DNA of 60,041 nucleotides from a virus (Duplodnaviria; Caudoviricetes): IMG/VR virus record IMGVR_UViG_3300036841_000070, positions 1 to 60,041 of that record; one strand, 5' to 3'. Shown piece by piece: positions 1 to 7,061 of this stretch (position 1 is its first letter; each line of letters starts with the position of its first letter). The notes under the pieces were generated by a model. It saw only the letters and a program-made list of their open reading frames with translations, ran no database searches and was not told where the DNA came from. The position numbers and the translations under genes were made by a program.

Positions 1-147
1 CGCTACCATATGCAAGCGACTACGCAGAACCTTAATACAAGTGAGATCGGGAGGCGTTTTGGAAATCGGTGATAGCAAGGCCGCAAGAACCGCGCGAGCA
101 CCTGCTTGCGGTCTTGCTCAGAACAAATGTCATATGTGTAATCCATG
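1..147 (+). repeat. Left copy of terminal direct repeat / circular overlap
   Basis: Identical to 59894-60041 except GATCGGGAGG here vs GATCGGGGAGG at the right end. Confidence 0.95.
77..115. promoter_or_regulatory. Spaced palindrome copy A (AAGGCCGC-N23-GCGGTCTT), putative operator
   Basis: Same arms and exact 23-bp spacer as copies at 151, 1108, 10085, 58546. Confidence 0.6.
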
Positions 148-150
148 AGG

Positions 151-189
151 AAGGCCGCAGGGTCGGCGTCTGCGCGTTCTCGCGGCCTT
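151..189. promoter_or_regulatory. Spaced palindrome copy B (AAGGCCGC-N23-GCGGCCTT)
   Basis: Perfect 8-bp arms, 23-bp spacer, upstream of RuvC-like gene. Confidence 0.6.
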
Positions 190-229
190 GCCGGTCAGCG
201 GCGAATCTTGATATCTGCTACGCTACGGT

Positions 230-748
230 ATGCCCAACGCTACATCCGTGGCAGTCTTTGCCATCGACCCCGGAGGCACAACCGGCTGCGCTACAATCCT
301 GGCGGACCTCCGACAAGTTACAGTAGCAAAGACCATGCGCCGTGCTCATGTCAAGCACAACATAAATACCTGGTGCGAGCATGGCGATCACATCGAGCAG
401 TCTTGGTCAATCGCCCGCAAGATCATAGACTTCTTGTTCATCTCTCATATTGAGCGCTCGCTCATTGAGAACTCAAATTTCTTCATAGTTTGTGAGAAGT
501 TCGAGATCAGACAGATGGGTGCTGATCTGTCGCCGGTGCGCGTTGGCGCAGGCATCGAGACACTGATATCGGGTGCGTTCAAAGACCTCTGGAGAAAGGA
601 CGGTTTCTACCAGTTACAATCAGCTAGTGAGGCAAAGGGTTTCTGCACCAACGACATGCTCGACCGCTGGGGCCTACTACGCGGCCGAACAGATCATGAG
701 CGCGATGCGTTGCGACACGTAGCGCGCAGACTTGATAAACTACTGTAG
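230..748 (+). CDS. RuvC-like Holliday junction resolvase
   Basis: N-terminal AIDPGGTTG, central CEKF, C-terminal HERDALRH: RNase H/RuvC-type acidic triad. Confidence 0.75.
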   Translation: MPNATSVAVFAIDPGGTTGCATILADLRQVTVAKTMRRAHVKHNINTWCEHGDHIEQSWSIARKIIDFLFISHIERSLIENSNFFIVCEKFEIRQMGADLSPVRVGAGIETLISGAFKDLWRKDGFYQLQSASEAKGFCTNDMLDRWGLLRGRTDHERDALRHVARRLDKLL

Positions 749-756
749 GAGATATT

Positions 757-1110
757 GTGGCTTTAATCGCAACAATGCTAGCTCTGGCAGCACCAGCACC
801 GGCTCAGACAGTGCAGGAGGTCGCTGTCCGACCGGCGTGCGATCACTGGTGCCATCAGCGCTGGCTTGTGGTGCGACCGTTCAACTGGAAGCTGAAGCGG
901 ATCGCTGGGTGCGAATCGCGTTGGCGTTGGCACATTGCCACGGGCAATGGGTTCTATGGCGGGTTGCAGTTCACACTAGGAACCTGGCACTCAGTCGGCG
1001 GCGCGGGCTACCCGCACTGGGCATCAAAGCTAGAACAGAAGTACAGAGCCGTCAAGGTGTACCTGCGCCGGGGGTCGTGGGCCGACTGGCCCGTTTGTGG
1101 ATACCGCTAG
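757..1110 (+). CDS. rpf: Secreted resuscitation-promoting factor (Rpf)-like lytic transglycosylase
   Basis: IAGCES (catalytic Glu), NGFYGGLQF, TW, EQ and WPVCG Rpf core motifs; hydrophobic signal peptide MALIATMLALAAPAPA; AGGAG RBS. Confidence 0.9.
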   Translation: MALIATMLALAAPAPAQTVQEVAVRPACDHWCHQRWLVVRPFNWKLKRIAGCESRWRWHIATGNGFYGGLQFTLGTWHSVGGAGYPHWASKLEQKYRAVKVYLRRGSWADWPVCGYR

Positions 1111-1146
1111 GCCGCAAGAACGGGCGAACGGCTCGCTTGCGGTCTT
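1108..1146. promoter_or_regulatory. Spaced palindrome copy C (TAGGCCGC-N23-GCGGTCTT)
   Basis: Overlaps rpf stop; same spacing as other copies. Confidence 0.55.
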
Positions 1147-1162
1147 ACAATCAGGAGTTATC

Positions 1163-1366
1163 ATGCAAGTTGTACTTTGGGTTTGTTATAAGTGTGGCAA
1201 CTACTACGGTGCCACCTCAGCAGAGAACCTACACTTGCAGTTCAATCGCGATTTGAAAGGAGGCGTGACGTTCAGCAGGATCAGGTGCCCGCACTGTAAG
1301 ATAGATCGGGTGCGCGTCAAGCTAGAAGTGGATAGGGAGGAACTGTTTGAAGGGGCCAGTGCGTAA
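1163..1366 (+). CDS. Small zinc-ribbon protein
   Basis: CYKC...CPHC; AGGAG RBS before ATG 1163. Confidence 0.65.
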   Translation: MQVVLWVCYKCGNYYGATSAENLHLQFNRDLKGGVTFSRIRCPHCKIDRVRVKLEVDREELFEGASA

Positions 1367-1547
1367 GCGCTTGAAGCTACGTGGCATCTTTGTTCCATGC
1401 ATCAGTTGCTTTGACCGACCGGCCAAGTATATTGTTGGCAACTTCGCATTGTGCGAATACTGTGCTGGTGGTAGTTCTGATGGTCGTGATATTATTGTTA
1501 GGGGTTCTGATCGGAGCCATGATCGTAGCCCTTCTAGTGGCAGGTAG
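1359..1547 (+). CDS. Small Cys-rich hypothetical protein
   Basis: CISC...CEYC; overlaps the previous stop; start uncertain. Confidence 0.4.
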   Translation: MRKRLKLRGIFVPCISCFDRPAKYIVGNFALCEYCAGGSSDGRDIIVRGSDRSHDRSPSSGR

Positions 1548-1678
1548 AAGCGACGATTAGCAGGCAACTTGCGGCTCATTAATGAGTGCGCTAGGGTTAC
1601 GCTAGGCGACGGCCTACGGTCTGGCGTCGGGTAGAGGCGGCGCCAGACCAACCCTCTACATGGGAGATTCATGCAGAG

Positions 1679-3583
1679 ATGTCTGTGCAATTGGAGCGCT
1701 ACGTCTATCAAGACGAGCGCGGAGATGACCAATACAGGGTGGTTAGACGCGGTGCCAAAGAATTTCACATAGAGAGTTTTGATTCGGGTTCCTGGCATAA
1801 GGGTTTGAACGGCAAGCCGCTGCTGCTGTATAGGCTGCCGGAGGTAATCAAGGGCATAAACTCAGGTCAGGTTCTGTATATAGTTGAGGGCGAGCGCGAT
1901 GTAAACACTGCGTTCGCTAATGAGCTGGTAGCTACTTGCAATCACGGCGGTGCCGGTAAGTGGCGCAAGGAGCACAGCCGCTTCCTACTCAATGCGCGTA
2001 ACATCATAATCGTTTGGGACCGAGATGATGCTGGCAAGAAGCACGCGCTTGATATATCGCACTCATTACGGCAGATCGGCTTTGACGGTACGATCAAGTT
2101 CCAGCGCGCCAAAGCAGGCAAAGACTTAACAGATCACTTTGCCGAGGGCTTTGAAGAGTTTGAGCTAGTAGATCAACGCCCGCGCTTGAAGGAGAGCGCG
2201 CGTGCTAGTGAGGCCGTCGAGACAGAGTATCTGCCAGGCGCGTTCCAGTTGGTGCTCGCTAAGCTGGAGAAACTCGGGCCAGTAGTTTCTGAGTTCGGCA
2301 AAGAGAATCAGTTCAACGGCGTGTGCCCTGCTCATGATGACCACCGGCCTAGTCTGTCGGTTAGCCTCGGAAATCGCCGTCAGGTTATACTGAAGTGCCA
2401 TGCCGGGTGCGATTATGGCAAGATTGTCGCAGCGCTCGGCATCAACCGGCGCGAGCTTAGTCAGGGCGACCCAGAGAGTACGCATGAGGTCGCTGTTGAT
2501 AAGCGCGTTGAGATGCTGCGCATCCATGAAGAAGCGAAGTTCAGACATCACATCGAGAAGGCACGCAATCTGGTGATGGTAGAGCCAGAGTTCCGCGTTA
2601 CTGGTGCAGATGAGCTAGAGCTTCCTGACCTAGAGGAGAAGTGGCTATTCGCGGACTGGTTCCCAGCAGAGTCGATGGTCCTGTTAAACGCAGATCGCAA
2701 GACAGGAAAGACGCGCCTCTGTTTGAGTTTGGCTAAAAGTGTCTGTGATCGCGAGCCGTTCTTGGGTCGGTTTGAGACCACAGCACCCGAAGATGCCAAG
2801 GTTATGTACCTGAACTATGAGATGCCAGCTGCCAAGTTTAGGTCGTGGTTGCGAGAGTCTGAGTTCGCTCACCCAGAGAACCTGCTACCGATGAACCTGA
2901 AAGGCCGAACACTACCGTTTAATGATCTTGAGGTAATGCGGCGCTTGGCGGCGTATATCCGGCGCGAGCGTGTTTGCCTGATTATCTTTGATACTCAGAT
3001 CAAGGTTATGGTTGACCTCGGCTGCAATGAGAACGATAACGCCGATGTAGCAGCTTTCCATATGGCAATTGAGCAACTCATGGATGTCTCCGAGTGCCAT
3101 AACGTTCTGTTGGCTCACCATATTGGTAAGGCTGATAAGGAGCGCGGGCGCGGTGCCTCACGCATCGAGGATGGAGTTGACGTAATCTGGACCTTAGTAC
3201 GCGAATCTGGAGACGAATTGTCAGGCCGTGTTCCCAGGAGTCTTGCGGGCGAGGGCCGCGACGTACTGCGGGAGCCGATAGAGCTTGTCTACGAGGATGT
3301 GACAGGCCTTTACCACTATGAAGGAGTCTCGGTCGCACGCAAGGCGCGGATTGATAAGCTCGATGCTGTGATAGCGCGTATACTGGAATGGCACTCTGAG
3401 GTTGGCCGCTGGCCAACTATGGGTGAGATACGACGTATGGGGCTAGGCAAGACATCGACTGTTTCTGAGCTTCTTGAGGAGGGTCGTTCTCGTGGTTTGC
3501 TGCGCCGGACACACTACCCTTCAGATCACGCAAACACGGTGCGATACAAGGTAATCGAGCCGGAGGATTTGAATGCTTCATGA
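1679..3583 (+). CDS. DNA primase-helicase (Toprim + Zn-binding + AAA_25/RecA-like helicase)
   Basis: Toprim VEGERD and WDRDDAG; CPAHDD...CHAGC zinc motif; Walker A ADRKTGKT, Walker B IIFD, HHIGK, RGAS. Confidence 0.88.
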   Translation: MSVQLERYVYQDERGDDQYRVVRRGAKEFHIESFDSGSWHKGLNGKPLLLYRLPEVIKGINSGQVLYIVEGERDVNTAFANELVATCNHGGAGKWRKEHSRFLLNARNIIIVWDRDDAGKKHALDISHSLRQIGFDGTIKFQRAKAGKDLTDHFAEGFEEFELVDQRPRLKESARASEAVETEYLPGAFQLVLAKLEKLGPVVSEFGKENQFNGVCPAHDDHRPSLSVSLGNRRQVILKCHAGCDYGKIVAALGINRRELSQGDPESTHEVAVDKRVEMLRIHEEAKFRHHIEKARNLVMVEPEFRVTGADELELPDLEEKWLFADWFPAESMVLLNADRKTGKTRLCLSLAKSVCDREPFLGRFETTAPEDAKVMYLNYEMPAAKFRSWLRESEFAHPENLLPMNLKGRTLPFNDLEVMRRLAAYIRRERVCLIIFDTQIKVMVDLGCNENDNADVAAFHMAIEQLMDVSECHNVLLAHHIGKADKERGRGASRIEDGVDVIWTLVRESGDELSGRVPRSLAGEGRDVLREPIELVYEDVTGLYHYEGVSVARKARIDKLDAVIARILEWHSEVGRWPTMGEIRRMGLGKTSTVSELLEEGRSRGLLRRTHYPSDHANTVRYKVIEPEDLNAS

Positions 3584-3590
3584 CACTGGG

Positions 3591-3731
3591 GTTCGGTTCC
3601 CTCTGAAATGCCTGCAAACATTGCTGATTTGGGGTTCGGTTCCCGTTCGGTTCCCGTTCGGTTCCCGCCAACTGCCACGGGGTTCGGTTCCCTCGGCCCC
3701 CTTTAAAGGGGAGGCCGAACAGGGAACCGAA
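3591..3731. repeat. GTTCGGTTCCC iteron-like repeats and inverted repeat; candidate replication origin
   Basis: Direct copies at 3591, 3634, 3645, 3656, 3682; inverted copy at 3722-3731; hairpin centred on CCCTTTAAAGGG; directly after primase-helicase. Confidence 0.65.
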
Positions 3732-3962
3732 TCACCCCCGGTGGCTCGGCTCTGTGGATTAGATTTGTTTGCGTTGGTCTGTGCGTATGCGTGCGTGCGG
3801 GCGGGCGTAAGGGACAGATATGCCTGCATGGAGGTGATTTAGGTGTCATGTTGATCTGGAGAATTAATGTCAGAAGGGCCTATACTGCTGATATGTCTGA
3901 TATGTATTTGCTTGATTTGCTTCATTCTCGCTGTTGTGCTAGCAAATTCAGTAGCTCCATTC

Positions 3963-4039
3963 TGAGTGGAAAACAATGTATTAAACTGATTGCTAGCATG
4001 TGATTTGAATATGAGTGGAAACACATGATTTAAACTGAT
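3963..4039. repeat. 28-bp AT-rich motif, copies 1-2 (TGARTGGAAAACA...CTGAT)
   Basis: Copies at 3963 and 4012, 49-bp period. Confidence 0.75.
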
Positions 4040-4193
4040 TTTGCGCTCAGAACACATCAATTTACAACAGTTCAGATCACAAGGCGGGGAGGCGCTATGG
4101 CCCCTTCGGGGCCTGCGCGCGCGCGTAGACACATCAGATCACATCACGTGCTAGCGGCAGGCTGGCCCGCGTGAGCGGGCTGGCCTGGCGGCG

Positions 4194-4313
4194 CTACTCC
4201 TTGTCGCGCTTGTTGCTCATTATCCAGCCCGGCAGGAGCATGACGGTGAAGAGCACTGGGATAATGAGTATCCCTGGGAAGTGAGCGCTGAGGCTCTGAA
4301 GTGCTTCGTGCAT
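4194..4313 (-). CDS. Small membrane protein (39 aa)
   Basis: MHEALQSLSAHFPGILIIPVLFTVMLLPGWIMSNKRDKE; AGGAGG RBS; one TM segment. Confidence 0.6.
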   Translation of the reverse strand: MHEALQSLSAHFPGILIIPVLFTVMLLPGWIMSNKRDKE

Positions 4314-4328
4314 GGTTGCTAGCGCCTC

Positions 4329-4481
4329 CTAGCGCGGGACGGTGTAGGTTGACTTGCCGCTGTAGTGCTTCTTGTGGACCTGCTTGCAGTCCGCGTAGCT
4401 GAGCTGGCCGACGGCTCGCCTGATGCTGGTTTCGAGTGCGCGCTGCTGCAAGGCGCTGAGGACGGGTCGCTTCTTGGGCAT
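4329..4481 (-). CDS. Small basic hypothetical protein (50 aa)
   Basis: MPKKRPVLSALQQRAL...; GAGGAG RBS; phage-like codon usage. Confidence 0.6.
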   Translation of the reverse strand: MPKKRPVLSALQQRALETSIRRAVGQLSYADCKQVHKKHYSGKSTYTVPR

Positions 4482-4520
4482 TGGTACTCCTCTCGATGGT
4501 TTGTAGTGCCCTCCCCGTCG

Positions 4521-4784
4521 CTAGGCAGCGACGGGGAAGGGCGTGATCGGGCTGTCGCCCCTGGCCTTGTTGCAGGGTCCGCAGCTAGGCTGGATGTTGT
4601 GCATCGCGTAGCTGCCGCCGGGGATGATGCGGTCCTGTTCTAGCGTTTCGGCTGTGAGAGCCTCGCCGCAGTGTACGCACGGGCAGGTTGTGCCGTCGCC
4701 GAACCTCCACAGGAGCTTCTGCTTGCGAATCTGTCGATCCTTGGCCTTGCCTCGACGGTCTGGCTTGCCTTTCCGGTAATTCAT
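4521..4784 (-). CDS. HNH endonuclease (actinophage type)
   Basis: CVHC...DRIIPG...NIQPSCGPCN; AAGGAGGT RBS before ATG 4784. Confidence 0.85.
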   Translation of the reverse strand: MNYRKGKPDRRGKAKDRQIRKQKLLWRFGDGTTCPCVHCGEALTAETLEQDRIIPGGSYAMHNIQPSCGPCNKARGDSPITPFPVAA

Positions 4785-4843
4785 AAACACCTCCTTTCCT
4801 TTGCCGGAGTCCTCGCGCCCCTTCGCTTGCGGGGCGCAAGCTA

Positions 4844-4872
4844 ACGCTAGCAGGTCTCGCTGACGGACGCAA
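4844..4872 (-). promoter_or_regulatory. Sigma70/SigA-like leftward promoter
   Basis: TTGCGT-17 bp-TAGCGT with TGn extension, upstream of HNH. Confidence 0.6.
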
Positions 4873-4906
4873 ATCCAGGCCGGCGCCAAGACAGGCCATT
4901 TCAATT

Positions 4907-5033
4907 TGAGTGGAAAACATGAAATTAAACTGATATCCGTGATGTGATTTGATTTGAATGGAAAACAAAGAATTTTGCTGATCTTGCGCACACATCACAT
5001 CAATTTGAATGGAAAACAATGATTTAAACTGAT
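4907..5033. repeat. 28-bp AT-rich motif, copies 3-5
   Basis: Copies at 4907, 4955, 5006 (48/51-bp period). Confidence 0.75.
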
Positions 5034-5069
5034 TCTGCGCACCACACCACATCACCTCACTTCACATCA

Positions 5070-5197
5070 TGTTGCCACTGCAACAACCCAACCCACATCA
5101 CACCATGTTGCCATGGCAACAACCCCACATCACACCAAGTCGACCATTCCGGTCGGAATGGTCTGTTGCGGTGGCAACAGTTGCGTTGGCGCAACTG
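5070..5197. other. Palindrome cluster; candidate packaging/terminus site
   Basis: GACCATTCCG-GT-CGGAATGGTC (5142-5163) flanked by TGTTGC-N4-GCAACA boxes at 5070, 5106, 5164 and CAGTTGCG-N4-CGCAACTG at 5178; CA-rich to GT-rich switch. Confidence 0.5.
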
Positions 5198-5314
5198 AGG
5201 TGGCGTGGCAACGGTTGCGCGGACGCAAGTGTTCTGGCCGCGCACGTGGTTCGCATGGCGCACGCTGGTGCGTGATGCGCACGCCGGTGAGGTGTGCGTC
5301 GGGCGCTTGCTGCG

Positions 5315-5475
5315 CTAGCGCTTGCTAGCCTGACGTGTAGCTAGCACCCCTAGCCGGTCGGCTAGTCTTTTCGTGTCGTGTTGCTAGACGGTCGGCTAGG
5401 TTTGCGGGTGAAGTGCCTAGACGTAGGGCTAGGATTCGGGCCGCTAGCGTTGCGAAGCGATGCGAAGCGCGCTAG
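5315..5475. repeat. CTAG cluster (11 copies in 161 bp)
   Basis: CTAG at 5315, 5325, 5341, 5350, 5362, 5384, 5396, 5417, 5429, 5444, 5472. Confidence 0.8.
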
Positions 5476-5478
5476 GCT
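5450..5478 (+). promoter_or_regulatory. Sigma70/SigA-like rightward promoter
   Basis: TTGCGA-17 bp-TAGGCT upstream of GGAGG RBS and ATG 5523. Confidence 0.65.
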
Positions 5479-5522
5479 TGCTGCGAAGCAGCGAAACGGT
5501 CGCTGCCGAACCGGAGGTTCCG

Positions 5523-6110
5523 ATGCCCCGCAAGACCCGCAAGTCCCCCGCCCCGCCCGCCCCGCTCTCGCTCGACGAGCGCCGCGATGCCGCGATTGCC
5601 GCGCTCCCCTTCGCTCCCGACCGGGAGCCGACCGACCCCCGCAACTTCGACTCGCTCCCGGAGGACGTGCAGGTCGCAATCGTCGCGGAGATGCTGCTCG
5701 ACTTCCGCGTCCGCAAGATCGGCGGGGACGCGATGCGCGGCAAGTATGCCGGAGCGTCGGAAGCGCATAAGCACGGTCGCGGCCTAACCGGCCCGCGCCG
5801 CCGCGCGATCTTCGAGCAGTTCGGCAAGCGCGCGGAGGGCGTCGGCAAGTCCTACGTCGCCTTCCGCTCCGGCGCTCCCCGCGTCGGCACGAACGCGAAG
5901 GGCGAGGGCGAGGGCGCGGCCCGCCGCGCTGCCGACGCGATGCGAGAGCTAGCGGACGCGAAGGTCACCGCGCTCGACGCGAAGGGGTGCCGCGCGCTGC
6001 TCCGCTCGCTCGACGCGGACGCGAAGGTGCCGACCGTCCGCAAGGGCGACGAGAGCGCGCTGCGGGCCGCGACCGTCGCGGCCGTGCTCGCGTCCGGGAG
6101 CGTCGCCTAG
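5523..6110 (+). CDS. Hypothetical Ala/Arg-rich protein in motif-depleted cassette
   Basis: GGAGG RBS, own promoter and terminator, strong third-position GC bias; no recognisable family. Confidence 0.75.
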   Translation: MPRKTRKSPAPPAPLSLDERRDAAIAALPFAPDREPTDPRNFDSLPEDVQVAIVAEMLLDFRVRKIGGDAMRGKYAGASEAHKHGRGLTGPRRRAIFEQFGKRAEGVGKSYVAFRSGAPRVGTNAKGEGEGAARRAADAMRELADAKVTALDAKGCRALLRSLDADAKVPTVRKGDESALRAATVAAVLASGSVA

Positions 6111-6212
6111 CGGCCGCTAGCGGCCCGCTAGCGCCCCCGCGCTAGCTCTCCCCGTCCGTTCGCATCCCGATCCGGAGCGGAACGAGCGGAGGGCGAGCGT
6201 AGAGGGGCGCGA

Positions 6213-6262
6213 GGGGCGCGAGAGAGGGCGAGCTAGCCGCCCCTCTCGCGCCCCTTTTCTTT
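6213..6262 (+). terminator. Rho-independent terminator
   Basis: GGGGCGCGAGAG(A)GGGCG / CGCCCCTCTCGCGCCCC stem followed by TTTTCTTT. Confidence 0.8.
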
Positions 6263-6407
6263 GCCCGCCGGGGCTGAGCTGATCCCTCTCAATATTTCCT
6301 GAGGGATAGGTGTGTTGACGTGAAACTCCCGCGCACGCGCGAGCACGCCCGCGCCTCTGTCAGATGAAAATGTTGCACCCCCAAAGAAAATCGGCTAGGC
6401 TACCTTT

Positions 6408-7061
6408 GTGGCTGGTCGACCACAGCGAAGAGCCAGACGCGAGGCCCAGAGGATCGCCAATGGCCGCCCACTCGACAAAGATCACCGTCCAAAGTACCAG
6501 TATTTGGCGGACATCTACGCTGAGAAGTATGACACCTTCACAGCCCTCAGACAGCACCTCATACAAAACGGCATTGTCGAGCACCGCATCAACCCGTATG
6601 ATGTCATACAACGCGCCATCGATGACACGACGACTGACTACATGCTCCTCCGCCAAAGAATTGACCGTGATACGCAAGGTGACGCAGAACTCATCCCCAT
6701 CCATGATCTCTACCCCTACATGGAGGAGATGCGCGAAGCCGCTGTGCGTTATGCCACGTTCGCCACGCAGTACGACATTCAGCGCCGCCAACTGAAACTG
6801 TCCGAAAGCCGTGTCGCACTACTCGCCCACGCCCTCCGCAACGTTCTCCAGAACCTCGATGTCCCCCAGGATACAATCCGCAAAATTCCACAGCTTCTAA
6901 TAGCTGAAATCAAGAACGAGGAGCCACAGCGCAAGACAGGGGCTAGCGCCCAGCCAAGTAAGCTTGACCCCACAAAGGCGCTCGCCATGGCTGAAATTCT
7001 TCACCATGACGCCGAAATTGAAGTGATAGACATCGACCCAGACGATGATAATGGGCATTGA
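6408..7061 (+). CDS. terS: Probable terminase small subunit
   Basis: Helical protein overlapping the large terminase start; positional inference. Confidence 0.55.
   Translation: MAGRPQRRARREAQRIANGRPLDKDHRPKYQYLADIYAEKYDTFTALRQHLIQNGIVEHRINPYDVIQRAIDDTTTDYMLLRQRIDRDTQGDAELIPIHDLYPYMEEMREAAVRYATFATQYDIQRRQLKLSESRVALLAHALRNVLQNLDVPQDTIRKIPQLLIAEIKNEEPQRKTGASAQPSKLDPTKALAMAEILHHDAEIEVIDIDPDDDNGH

Noticed and set aside
4898-5033. Mini-CRISPR array (minus-strand copy reads GTTT...ATTGAAAT)
   Set aside because: Repeats are degenerate, spacers are only ~20 bp and low-complexity, and no cas operon is present; treated as a binding-site family
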